The notes below the pieces were generated by a model. That model made no database searches and was not told the DNA's origin. It saw only the letters and a list, made by a program, of their open reading frames with translations. From an uncultured Candidatus Micrarchaeota archaeon (lineage in GTDB: Archaea; Micrarchaeota; Micrarchaeia; Burarchaeales; Fermentimicrarchaeaceae), in assembly GCA_963760615.1 (NCBI GenBank), contig CAVXDX010000008.1:97459-161458 (forward strand): DNA of 64,000 nt, written 5' to 3'. Position numbers and translations under genes: made by a program. Of the stretch, positions 52,934-62,317 are shown piece after piece. The first letter of the stretch is position 1. The number at the start of each line of letters is the position of its first letter.

Positions 52934-53656
52934 TTGATTGAGAGGAAGCTGGTTTTCAAGGAGTCGAAAATATTTTTGAAAATAGAGAGGGAGAGATTCT
53001 TTGATGTCGCCCATGCATCTCTTCTTAGAAACAGGGTGGAGCTGGAGGAGTATATCGCGCTGCATCCATTCTTCAGAAGCACCCTGGAGCCGCTGGAAGT
53101 GGAGAGGGATGCACCAAGAGTTGTAAAGTTGATGGCAGACGCTGCTGAGAAAACACGGGTTGGACCCATGGCTGCCGTTGCCGGTGCGCTTGCAGATTTG
53201 ATGCTTGAGGATGTTGTGAGGGAGGGATGCAAATATGCAATCATCGAGAACGGCGGGGATATAGCAATGAAGGTTGACAGGGCTGCGAATGTGGCGGTGT
53301 ATGCAGGCGATTCCCCCTTCTCAGGCAAAATCGGTTTTGAGGTTATGCCAAAGGATACACCCCTGGGGGTGTGCACAAGCTCAGGGACAGTGGGGCATGC
53401 AATATCATTCGGCAATGCGGATGCGGCAGTTGCATTTGCCGATTCTGCAGCGCTTGCCGATGCAGCTGCAACTGCTCTTGGGAATGCTGTGAAGAGCGAG
53501 GCCTATGTGAAAAAGGCTGCAGAGCTTGCAAAGAGCCTCTCTATAAGAGGGGCTGTTGTGATAAAGGGGAAGAGCATTGCAGCTTGGGGGAGGATCCCTA
53601 GAATTATAAATGGCAAGGGTTTACCAGAATACTTTTATAAGGAGTTTTTTGAATAA
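52934..53656 (+). CDS. UPF0280 / ApbE-like protein (COG2122)
   Basis: 240 aa; Gly/Ala-rich ApbE-like core; abuts the NIL-ferredoxin gene. Confidence 0.45.
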   Translation: MIERKLVFKESKIFLKIERERFFDVAHASLLRNRVELEEYIALHPFFRSTLEPLEVERDAPRVVKLMADAAEKTRVGPMAAVAGALADLMLEDVVREGCKYAIIENGGDIAMKVDRAANVAVYAGDSPFSGKIGFEVMPKDTPLGVCTSSGTVGHAISFGNADAAVAFADSAALADAAATALGNAVKSEAYVKKAAELAKSLSIRGAVVIKGKSIAAWGRIPRIINGKGLPEYFYKEFFE

Positions 53657-53670
53657 TATACTGCACGCAT

Positions 53671-53742
53671 GGCCGCGGTAGTCTAATGGCATGACGGCGG
53701 GCTGTGGACCCGCAGGAGGGGGTCCGATTCTCCCCCGCGGCC
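53671..53742 (+). tRNA. tRNA-His (anticodon GTG, with G-1)
   Basis: Extra 5' G pairing with discriminator C; acceptor GCCGCGG/CCGCGGC; anticodon loop CTGTGGA. Confidence 0.7.
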
Positions 53743-53827
53743 CTTATCCTACTTATAAATAGGTAATCAGATATACGAAAGAAAACTTTATCTATTATAT
53801 ACGTAGTTAGTATACCAATATGGAGAG

Positions 53828-54193
53828 GTGTTGTTTGTGGAAAGAGGCATTACCAAGGAGGAAATGGCATACATAAAGAGTCTTGCATCGGTTTTTTCTC
53901 AGAAATGGACATTTAATATTGTTTTTGCTCTTGCCAATGGTAATGAGGATACGGGGTTCAATGAGCTTATGAAGAATCTCGGGGGGATAAGCGCCGCAGT
54001 TCTGTCTCATAGGCTAAAAATCCTTCAGAAGTGGGGGTATGTGGAGCGTGAGGTAAGGATTGGCCCTCCTACAAGAACAAGGTATAAACTTAGCGAGAAG
54101 GGAAGAGGCTTGATAAAGGTTGCTGATTTTGTCCTCCAACACAGAGGCAAAACAACATATTCAACAGAGACGTTGAGCGGCGCACGTTTGTAG
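53828..54193 (+). CDS. HxlR-family winged-helix transcriptional regulator
   Basis: 121 aa; W..I...L..G...FNEL......IS...LS.RLK.L...G.V.R pattern. Confidence 0.6.
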   Translation: MLFVERGITKEEMAYIKSLASVFSQKWTFNIVFALANGNEDTGFNELMKNLGGISAAVLSHRLKILQKWGYVEREVRIGPPTRTRYKLSEKGRGLIKVADFVLQHRGKTTYSTETLSGARL

Positions 54194-56089
54194 CTACTTC
54201 AGCCTTATTGCATCAAGATTCATGGGGGCGCGAGTTTCGAAATGCATCATCTTGTTTAATGATTTTGCCAAATCATCGCACTTGCTCTCATCGCCATGAA
54301 GAGTGAAAACCCTTTCAGGGCTTGGCCTGAGATTCCTCACGAAGTTCAGCAGCTGGTGCCTATCGCTGTGCCCAGAGAACCCGTCGACTGTTTCAACTCT
54401 CATGTTAACCTTGACAGTTTCCAGCATACCTTTCTCCCCAAGCACTGGTATCTCCTTCATTCCATTCTGTATCTTCCTCCCCAGGGAGAGGGCGCTCTGG
54501 TAGCCCACAAATATGAGAAGGTTGTTTGGGTTATCCGCCATCATCTTGAAGTACTCAACAGCAGGCCCTCCGCTCATCATGCCTGAAGGTGCAAGTATGA
54601 CGCAGGGGTCTCCCTCAACTATGTCTTTCCTGTTGTTTTTTACAGATTCGAATATTTTTGACTCGAAGGGACTCTTGTTTGAGAGCACCCTCCTCTGCAC
54701 ATTCTGCCTGAGGTATTCTGGGTAGGCGGTGTGAATTGCTGATGCCTCCAGAATCATGCCGTCTATGTATATGGGGCATTCGAAGGCTGAACTCATGTTC
54801 TGTGCGTACTCCTCCATGACTAGCATTATCTCCTGTGACCTTCCCACAGCAAAGACAGGTATGAGCACCTTGCCCTTGTTCTGCACTGTCTGGTGAATGA
54901 GCTCGTTCAACCTTCTCTCCGCATCCTGCCTCTGGGGCATGATGTCATCCCTCCCTCCGTATGTGCTTTCCATGAAGAGAGTTTCGACTCTGGGGAAGGT
55001 TGTTGTTGCCTGGTCAAAAAGCCTTGTGAAGCCATATTTTATGTCACCTGTGAAAATGAGGTTGTGCAGCCCATCCCCTATGTGCAAGTGTATCATTGAA
55101 CTGCCAAGTATATGCCCTGCATTGTGGAACGTGAGCTTAATCTCTGGAGTTATATCCGTAACCTCGTCATATTCTCTGGCTACGCACATGTTGAGCATCT
55201 TCCTTACGTCCTTCTCAGCATAGGGCGGGGTCAGGCCGTTCTTCTGCAGTACGTTGATGTAGTCGAACTGCAGCATCACCATGAGGTCTCTTGTTGGCGG
55301 GGTACAGTAGATTGGTCCGTCATAGCCATAGGCAACCAGGTATGGAAGGAAGCCGGAGTGGTCCAGATGAGCATGAGTAACTATGACCGCATCCAGCTCA
55401 TCCAAAGCCAGATTCATGGCATTGAGGTATGGGTAAGCCCTGCTCCCCTCACTTGTTTCCGGGTTGACGCCGCAGTCCAGCAGTATTTTGTCGTTTGAAG
55501 TCTGCAGCAGCAGGCATGTCCTGCCAACCTCCCTGAAGCCTCCCAGAGCAGTGACCTTGACCCAGTCGCTTTTCTGCGGCTGTGCGGAAATCTTCTTGCC
55601 AAGCCCTGCCAGGAATTTTTTCCTGAAGTCTGATTCCTTGAAAAATGATGACCTTATCCCCTTTATGGTGTCCGAAGGCATAGTAGGGGTTCTGAGTATC
55701 TTTGGCGCCCATCCTGTCTGGAGTATTATCGCCTTGAGTGTCGAGCCGCCCTTCCCTATAACCAAGCCTGGCTTCAGCGAGTCTATTATGACCTCGCAGA
55801 ACTCCGGGGAGAACTTGATGTCCGTCACGCCCGCTTCTTGAGGGATTATCTCCTGAATTTTCTTAAGGGCAACATCCGGAGGGGACAGGTGGGACGGGTC
55901 GCTCCTCACCAGAACCCTTTTCCTCAAGGCCCCAGCTATTTTCTTTATGAGGTTGGGGTCTGAGTAGAAAGCCTCTATGTTGTCTAGGTATATTGCTATG
56001 TCAGGGCCCTCATACTCGGTTTTTGTAATCGCGCAACCGCTAGGTAATATGGGCTCTAACTTCTTCTGTATATCGTTGTTATTGTTCAG
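54194..56089 (-). CDS. aCPSF1 (beta-CASP/metallo-beta-lactamase ribonuclease with N-terminal KH domains)
   Basis: KH GKGG loop, HAHLDH, beta-CASP motifs; the track ORF starts at TTG 55927 but KH-domain homology continues in-frame to ~56089 with no ATG/GTG/TTG. Confidence 0.75.
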   Translation of the reverse strand: MNNNNDIQKKLEPILPSGCAITKTEYEGPDIAIYLDNIEAFYSDPNLIKKIAGALRKRVLVRSDPSHLSPPDVALKKIQEIIPQEAGVTDIKFSPEFCEVIIDSLKPGLVIGKGGSTLKAIILQTGWAPKILRTPTMPSDTIKGIRSSFFKESDFRKKFLAGLGKKISAQPQKSDWVKVTALGGFREVGRTCLLLQTSNDKILLDCGVNPETSEGSRAYPYLNAMNLALDELDAVIVTHAHLDHSGFLPYLVAYGYDGPIYCTPPTRDLMVMLQFDYINVLQKNGLTPPYAEKDVRKMLNMCVAREYDEVTDITPEIKLTFHNAGHILGSSMIHLHIGDGLHNLIFTGDIKYGFTRLFDQATTTFPRVETLFMESTYGGRDDIMPQRQDAERRLNELIHQTVQNKGKVLIPVFAVGRSQEIMLVMEEYAQNMSSAFECPIYIDGMILEASAIHTAYPEYLRQNVQRRVLSNKSPFESKIFESVKNNRKDIVEGDPCVILAPSGMMSGGPAVEYFKMMADNPNNLLIFVGYQSALSLGRKIQNGMKEIPVLGEKGMLETVKVNMRVETVDGFSGHSDRHQLLNFVRNLRPSPERVFTLHGDESKCDDLAKSLNKMMHFETRAPMNLDAIRLK

Positions 56090-56148
56090 AAAACCGCCTT
56101 AATTCTGCCTATTCAAGACAGGATTATAAAATAATCAAAGTTAATCAC

Positions 56149-56784
56149 TCATGCCTTTGTTTCTAGAATCTTCTTTACTGCATCCTTATCAAATCTCTTA
56201 AAACCTTCGGGGGTTATGGTGACCAGATCTATTCCATCACCGGTTCCCACATCCCTCTTCATGGCAACTGAGAGTGCCTTGAGAGCAACCTTGAGGTTGT
56301 CCTTTATGCTCCCGCCCTCCTTGAAAGCATCCTCCAGCAGACCGTATGCAACCGGTGAGCCGCTGCCTGTGGAGACAGCCTTCTCCTCAGTAACACCGCC
56401 CACAGGGTCAAGGTTGAAAATGCGGGGCGTATCATCAACGCCTCCAACAAGAATCTGGACGAGGAACGGAGCGAACTTGTACTGGGAGAGTATGTTTGAC
56501 AGCAGAGTCGTTGCAGCGCCGACGCTCATTGGCTTTGCGTAGTTCATCCTGTAGAGCTGCGACTCAAATTTCATGTATCTAACAAGCGTCTGGGCATCGC
56601 CAACGCTCCCTGCGACCGTGACTCCCAGCATGTCATCTATCTGGAATATCTTATCCACATCTCTGTTTGCAATAAAGTAGCCCATCGTGGCTCTCTTGTC
56701 CGCAGCAAAGATTACTCCATCACTGCAGACTAACCCTATTGTTGTTGTACCTTTCAATGTTTTAGCTTCTTCCATACTATGCAC
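56149..56784 (-). CDS. psmB: proteasome beta subunit
   Basis: 211 aa; propeptide then GTTTIGLV active-site Thr. Confidence 0.85.
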   Translation of the reverse strand: MHSMEEAKTLKGTTTIGLVCSDGVIFAADKRATMGYFIANRDVDKIFQIDDMLGVTVAGSVGDAQTLVRYMKFESQLYRMNYAKPMSVGAATTLLSNILSQYKFAPFLVQILVGGVDDTPRIFNLDPVGGVTEEKAVSTGSGSPVAYGLLEDAFKEGGSIKDNLKVALKALSVAMKRDVGTGDGIDLVTITPEGFKRFDKDAVKKILETKA

Positions 56785-56828
56785 CTAGTGGTCGCAGAAA
56801 AAGCAATAGTATTACTGCATACATGTTT

Positions 56829-57515
56829 TTAAGCCTTCTGCTCCAGAGCATATTCCTCCACCACGCTGACCTTCTTCACATCTCCCATGAGGTTTAGCAG
56901 AGAGTTCACGAAGTTGGATTTGCTAATTACGAAATCCACATCCTTCTTTACTGAAGTTGAGAATACAACCTGCAGGACGTCCCCTTCCAGCTTGAAGCTG
57001 TCAGCCTTGAGGTTGAAGCTATCAAGAATTGCCTGTATTTTGGGGTTTGTTTCCGTGAGCTTCTCCTCAATTTTCACATCATATATGACTCTCTCGCCTG
57101 CAAGAGGGTGGTTCAGGTCCACCATCACCCTTCCGCCGCTCACGCTCTTGACAATTCCCTTCATCCCGTCCAAATCGAGCAGCATGCCAGGGAATGGGTT
57201 CAGCTCCCTCTTCTTGAACTCCGCGAGGGGGAGTATTCTTACAAGATTCGGGTCCCTGGTGCCGAATGCATCCTCGGGGGGGAGCTCAATCGACTTCTGC
57301 TCCCCAACGCCCATGCTCTTGAGAGATTCATCAAGGCCCTTAACAACATGGCCCTTGCCGAGCACGACCAGCACTGGGGCGTACCTCCTGCCCTCTTCAG
57401 GTATTCCAGCCTCCTTTGCTTTCTCTGCGCTTGTGGTGTCAAAAATCTTCCCTGTCGCTGCAGTTCTGCCTGTGTAGCTTATCTTTATGAAGTCGCCATC
57501 CTTGAGCTTGTCCAT
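56829..57515 (-). CDS. FKBP-type peptidyl-prolyl cis-trans isomerase (long archaeal type)
   Basis: 228 aa; FKBP core with IF insert, C-terminal extension. Confidence 0.7.
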   Translation of the reverse strand: MDKLKDGDFIKISYTGRTAATGKIFDTTSAEKAKEAGIPEEGRRYAPVLVVLGKGHVVKGLDESLKSMGVGEQKSIELPPEDAFGTRDPNLVRILPLAEFKKRELNPFPGMLLDLDGMKGIVKSVSGGRVMVDLNHPLAGERVIYDVKIEEKLTETNPKIQAILDSFNLKADSFKLEGDVLQVVFSTSVKKDVDFVISKSNFVNSLLNLMGDVKKVSVVEEYALEQKA

Positions 57516-57560
57516 ACAAAAACCTCCTGGATTTAATATTTTGCGTTTAAATCATTATTT

Positions 57561-58751
57561 ATGGAGAGAGACACTTTAATAAAAGTATTTGCGCTGGGCA
57601 TGGTGATTTTTTTTGTTGTGGAGCTGTTCTCAACGCGCTCTGCCGTAACCAGCACGCCCCAGCAGACAAACCAGACCAGCAATGAGACGCCGGTGTACGG
57701 AGCTGGAGCGGCAACTGCAACACTCATGGCGTATACAAACTACCTCAACCTTTTCAAGAGCGGTACGGATTTATCAAGAAACGCCTCAATCGGGGAGCTC
57801 AGCAGCATAGCGGGCGTTGGATTCGTTAATAACCAGAGCGGGGGAGTGACCCTGGTGCTGGATAACGGCGCGAATGTAAGCCTGGTTGCCCAGAAGGTGA
57901 AAGAGAGGTTTCCGGATGTTAATGTCACGGCACTTGCCCTGTTCTCAATTCCATCAGATGTCGTATTCACCACTCAGAATGGCAGCAAGAACGTCAGCAT
58001 ACCATTCCTGCTTCAGATTGAGACTGAGCCCAATCTGGATATTGGGGATAATGTCACTGTATCACTCTCCGGCATTCTGCAGGGGGACCAGCTTGCGAGC
58101 AACCCAATTGCAAAAATAATCCCAACCCAAATGGATGTATCCACTACTGCAGTTGTAAGCGGAATCAGCGACCAGTATGTCGCTTTAATCGTGCTTAGCT
58201 GGGAGATGAGAAACGTAAATGTCAGCATGATTGCTGGGGAGTTTCCAGCCACAATGAGGAATGTGAGTGTTAACTACACCCCCAACTCCTATGTTGCTGT
58301 CACTGGGCTGAATTCAGCGGGCAATGACACAATAGGAAAAATCAGCAAGCTGAGCTATGTCACGGAAGTCAACGGTGATATTGTGTATGTGAGAAATGAA
58401 ATGAACAGCTCGGAGAAGCTGGCTGCAGATTTGAAAGGCATACTTGGGGGCAATGCGACTCTGGACTACCCTGTCTCCATAATGTCTGTACAGTTCTCAT
58501 CGGAAAACTTCAGCATGGGGGACATACTTAAACCCACTGGTGGAGAGCTTTTGCTTTACAGGAAAATGTCCTTGGCACTTGGGGACAGTATAAAAGTTGG
58601 AGGGGTTGGTTATGAGGTACCTGCCAACACAACTTTTGATAGTTTCCTCAACAGTTCCTATTCTGTTGGCAAGAATATCAGCGTTGAGCTTGGAATCGGT
58701 ACAATGGGGAAAAGGATTGTCAGCATATCTCTGAAAAATCTCTTGAGTTAG
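57561..58751 (+). CDS. secreted/surface protein, heavily N-glycosylation-sequon-rich
   Basis: 396 aa; N-terminal signal anchor; more than 20 NxS/T sequons. Confidence 0.5.
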   Translation: MERDTLIKVFALGMVIFFVVELFSTRSAVTSTPQQTNQTSNETPVYGAGAATATLMAYTNYLNLFKSGTDLSRNASIGELSSIAGVGFVNNQSGGVTLVLDNGANVSLVAQKVKERFPDVNVTALALFSIPSDVVFTTQNGSKNVSIPFLLQIETEPNLDIGDNVTVSLSGILQGDQLASNPIAKIIPTQMDVSTTAVVSGISDQYVALIVLSWEMRNVNVSMIAGEFPATMRNVSVNYTPNSYVAVTGLNSAGNDTIGKISKLSYVTEVNGDIVYVRNEMNSSEKLAADLKGILGGNATLDYPVSIMSVQFSSENFSMGDILKPTGGELLLYRKMSLALGDSIKVGGVGYEVPANTTFDSFLNSSYSVGKNISVELGIGTMGKRIVSISLKNLLS

Positions 58752-58781
58752 ACTTAAATTGAGGAAAGGCGAAGTTAATCT

Positions 58782-59297
58782 GTGCGAACCGGTTTTGGCG
58801 AGCATCTAGCCGCTGGAGTGGCGATATTCCTCATACTTCTTTTTCTTCTGGGGATTCCGGCAGCAGCTGAGCTGCTTCTCGGCGGCACATTCTTCATACT
58901 TGGGGCGCTCATGCCTGATGTGGACAGCCCTCTCTCAAAGCCAAGGAAGTTTATGAGAAAGGTCGTCTTTACTCTTGCTATTTTTTTCCTCCTTCTCTTT
59001 TACCCGCAGCTTTCTGCAGCCTGCGGCAGGTTTGCAGGTGAATCACTCTGTGTATATTTCCCCCTCATCTCCATTCTCCTTGTTTTTGCAATAGTCTACC
59101 TGCTGGATTTCTTTATTCCAAGGCACAGGGGTTTTTTTCACAGTTTCTCAGCTGCAGTGCTCTACAGTACGGCAGTGTGCCTGCTGATGCTCTCCCTTGG
59201 AGCGGGAGGCTCTTTCAGAATTGGCGCATGGGCTTTTGGCGGGTACGTCTCCCATCTGGCTGTGGATTTCATTGGAGATGCCATTCCTTTTAAATAG
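58782..59297 (+). CDS. membrane-bound metal-dependent hydrolase (YdjM/DUF457-like)
   Basis: 171 aa, 4-5 TM helices, conserved His/Asp (HLAVD). Confidence 0.45.
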   Translation: MRTGFGEHLAAGVAIFLILLFLLGIPAAAELLLGGTFFILGALMPDVDSPLSKPRKFMRKVVFTLAIFFLLLFYPQLSAACGRFAGESLCVYFPLISILLVFAIVYLLDFFIPRHRGFFHSFSAAVLYSTAVCLLMLSLGAGGSFRIGAWAFGGYVSHLAVDFIGDAIPFK

Positions 59298-59377
59298 GGG
59301 ATGAGTAATAGTATTGGCAATGACGATACCGTCCCAGAGGGATACAATATGACCGACGGAGTAGCTTCGGAGCCACT

Positions 59378-59653
59378 CTAATCTAGTTTGAAGTAATACG
59401 CCTTATCCTTGAGGTTGTACCTGCACTTCAATTTTCCGGATTTGACAAGCGAATCAAAAAGCTTGAAGCACAGTACTGAGAACTTTGACTTTCCGCTTCC
59501 AATGATTGCAAGGAACTGCTCCCCAGTGTCTGTGAGCAGGTACCTCTTCCCGCTTACCTCCCTTATGATTCCAAGCGCCTCAAAAAAGCCCAGTCCATCC
59601 CTGAGCTCATCCTCAGTCAGCTTGTAAGCCTTGAGTGGGGCGTCATCCTCCAT
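59378..59653 (-). CDS. hypothetical protein
   Basis: 91-aa ORF. Confidence 0.35.
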   Translation of the reverse strand: MEDDAPLKAYKLTEDELRDGLGFFEALGIIREVSGKRYLLTDTGEQFLAIIGSGKSKFSVLCFKLFDSLVKSGKLKCRYNLKDKAYYFKLD

Positions 59654-59679
59654 AGTTTATTCATTAATTGTTTAAATTA

Positions 59680-59952
59680 TTACTTGTTTGCCCCGTAATC
59701 GAACTCTATGAAGAACCCGTAGAGCACTACGAAGATGCTCACGATCATAATCACTTGAAAGATGAGTATATCATTCTGGTATTTTGGTGAATTCATGCAT
59801 TGGTAGCATGGGTTGTTTTCGCTTAATGGTGGAGTTGAAGTTGTGCAACCGCAGACGAAGTCGTACGCCCTGCTTGCCAGTATGAAGCCGAAAAGGAAGA
59901 AGAGGAAGCCGGCAATTGCAATTTTGTACTTCATACGAAGTATATTCGTCAA
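59680..59952 (-). CDS. small membrane protein
   Basis: 90 aa, two hydrophobic helices flanking a Cys-rich loop. Confidence 0.3.
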   Translation of the reverse strand: MTNILRMKYKIAIAGFLFFLFGFILASRAYDFVCGCTTSTPPLSENNPCYQCMNSPKYQNDILIFQVIMIVSIFVVLYGFFIEFDYGANK

Positions 59953-59959
59953 GCCCGCT

Positions 59960-60871
59960 TTAATACTTTTCTGAATTGGCTTCCCTTGTGGAGTAATAAA
60001 CCCCTGCGAATATGAGCAAAGCGCCTAGGGCGGAGTATGGGGCAAGATTCTCACCGCGGAATATGTAGGAGAGAATGATTGAGGAAAGGGGCACAAGATA
60101 TATGAAGACGGCAGCCTGGGAGGCATCAATCCTCTCAAGCGAGTAGGACCATGCGAAATAGGCGAAAACCGTGCACGTAACTGCCAGGTAGAGGAACCCT
60201 GCCCAGCTGTAAAGCGAGAGCGAGAGGAACTTGGAGGGTGGGGAGGTTAGTAATGCGATGGGAAGCAGTAGGAGTGTGCCGAATATTGAAGCATACACCA
60301 CTAGGAAGGCCGCCGAGTGCTTACTAACCGCCTTCTTGCTCAACACTGTGTAGGCCGCCCAGCAGCATGTGCTTGCAAGGGAGAGCAAAGAGCCTGCAAT
60401 GTCATTCATTTTTGTCCCGAAATTCATATCGCCATTCGTTACAACCAGGAATGCGCCCAGAAAGGCAATGAATATTGCTGCTATTTTCCTGTTATCCACC
60501 CTTTCCTTCAGGAAGAAAGAGGAGAGCAACAGAGTAACCGCTGGGTTGAATGTTGTCATGAGGGATGCATTGATTGCTGTTGTGAGGTTAACTCCAGAAT
60601 ATTGGAGGATGTAAAGCAGCGCAACGCCAAAGATTCCAAGGGGAATCAGTGTTCCCAGGTCATCTCTTTCAAGCCGCTCCCCCTTCATATGCAGCCAGAA
60701 TGCCACTGGCAGGAAGATGAGAGAGACAAGCATGAACCTTCCTGTTGCTATGAGGATTGGGTCGACATCGGCTGTGAGAAATTTCACAACTACCCAGGAG
60801 CTCCCCCAGAAGAAGGCTGCCAAAACAAGCAAGAGGTAGAGGAATAACTTTCGCACAATGTGATTTTGCAT
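59960..60871 (-). CDS. EamA/DMT-family transporter
   Basis: 303 aa, 10 TM helices. Confidence 0.6.
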   Translation of the reverse strand: MQNHIVRKLFLYLLLVLAAFFWGSSWVVVKFLTADVDPILIATGRFMLVSLIFLPVAFWLHMKGERLERDDLGTLIPLGIFGVALLYILQYSGVNLTTAINASLMTTFNPAVTLLLSSFFLKERVDNRKIAAIFIAFLGAFLVVTNGDMNFGTKMNDIAGSLLSLASTCCWAAYTVLSKKAVSKHSAAFLVVYASIFGTLLLLPIALLTSPPSKFLSLSLYSWAGFLYLAVTCTVFAYFAWSYSLERIDASQAAVFIYLVPLSSIILSYIFRGENLAPYSALGALLIFAGVYYSTREANSEKY

Positions 60872-60887
60872 GCAGGTTTTAAAAGGC

Positions 60888-61169
60888 TCAGCCGTAGGTT
60901 ATGTAGAACGAGCTGAATTCGCCCTTGAATTCATCCCAGGAGTGCTCAACCCTGTCAACTTTGGAACCTTCAGAGCCTTTCTCGCACCAGGTGAGCAGGG
61001 CTTCAAGCGCCTCTTTCTCTCCTTCAGCAAGAATCTCAACAGAGCCGTCCCTCCTGTTCTTCACCCAGCCGGTCAAACCCAGGTTGGAAGCCTTCTCCTC
61101 CGTGCTTGACCTGAAGAATACTCCCTGGACAATTCCGTAAACCTGAATATGCAGGCGGGCTTTGGCCAT
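60888..61169 (-). CDS. acyP: acylphosphatase
   Basis: 93 aa; VQGVFFR and GWVKN motifs. Confidence 0.8.
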   Translation of the reverse strand: MAKARLHIQVYGIVQGVFFRSSTEEKASNLGLTGWVKNRRDGSVEILAEGEKEALEALLTWCEKGSEGSKVDRVEHSWDEFKGEFSSFYITYG

Positions 61170-61262
61170 GTTGTTATATTACACAAACTTATTTTTAATT
61201 CTGCCACCTCTTCTGTGATATGCTTTATATTTCTTTCTGGAGAATTCTATTCGGGGGATGTT

Positions 61263-62306
61263 ATGAAGGGTGAGATGAAAGCAGTTATGAAGAAGAAGCC
61301 AGGTCCTGGAGCGGAACTTGTAACTGTCCCGATACCTCAGATAGGGCCGAGGGATATACTTGCGAAGGTCAAGGCAACTTCAATCTGCGGAACGGATTCT
61401 CACATATACGAGTGGAATGCTTGGGCGCAGAGGAGGATAAAACCACCAAGGATAATGGGGCATGAGTTCGGAGGGGAGGTTGTTGAAATTGGCAAGGATG
61501 TCACCTTTGTTTCAGTTGGCGACCATGTGTCTGCGGAAACGCACATTGTGGACAACAAGTGCTTCCAGTGCAGGACTGGCAATGCGCACGTTTGCCAGAA
61601 CATGAAGATACTGGGGGTGGACACAAACGGCTGTTTCGCCGAGTATGTTGCAATTCCTGAGGAGAATGCCTGGGTGAATGACAAGAGCCTTCCCCCTGAG
61701 ATAGCCGCAATACAGGAGCCGTTTGGCAATGCAGTTCACACAGTCTTCTCTGAGGGTGTTGAAGGGAAGACAGTTGCAATTTTCGGTCTTGGTCCAATAG
61801 GGATTTGCGCGGTTGCCATATGCAGGGCAGCCGGGGCGGCCCATATATTTGCAGTTGGTAGAAAAAATGAGTACAGGCTGAACCTTGCAAAGAAGATGGG
61901 TGCTGACACAGTTATCAAATCAAACGAGCAGGATGCGGTGAAAATAATAAAGGAGGCGACAGGTGGTTATGGAGTTGATGTTTCGCTTGAGATGGCAGGC
62001 AGCCAAGAAGCAATAACACAGTCCCTGAAGGTGCTGAAATTCGCCGGCAGGCTCTCCGCACTGGGGTTGCCTGACGGGGACATAACACTGAATTGGGCCG
62101 ATGATGTCGTTTTCAAGGCTGTGAGAATATACGGTATAACTGGGAGGAGGATGTACGGAACATGGTACACCACTGCCGGTTTGCTGAAGTCCGGCAGGGT
62201 GAATGTGGAGCCGATAATAACCCACAAGTTCAAGCTTGAGGAGTATGACAAGGGGATGCAGCTGATGCGCGAAGGAAAGTGCGGAAAGGTTGTTCTATAT
62301 CCATAG
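61263..62306 (+). CDS. tdh: L-threonine 3-dehydrogenase (Zn-dependent MDR family)
   Basis: Start at MKGEMKAVMKK; GHEFGGEV catalytic zinc, C-x2-C-x2-C-x7-C structural zinc, GLGPIG Rossmann. Confidence 0.75.
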   Translation: MKGEMKAVMKKKPGPGAELVTVPIPQIGPRDILAKVKATSICGTDSHIYEWNAWAQRRIKPPRIMGHEFGGEVVEIGKDVTFVSVGDHVSAETHIVDNKCFQCRTGNAHVCQNMKILGVDTNGCFAEYVAIPEENAWVNDKSLPPEIAAIQEPFGNAVHTVFSEGVEGKTVAIFGLGPIGICAVAICRAAGAAHIFAVGRKNEYRLNLAKKMGADTVIKSNEQDAVKIIKEATGGYGVDVSLEMAGSQEAITQSLKVLKFAGRLSALGLPDGDITLNWADDVVFKAVRIYGITGRRMYGTWYTTAGLLKSGRVNVEPIITHKFKLEEYDKGMQLMREGKCGKVVLYP

Positions 62307-62317
62307 GAGGTGTATGT

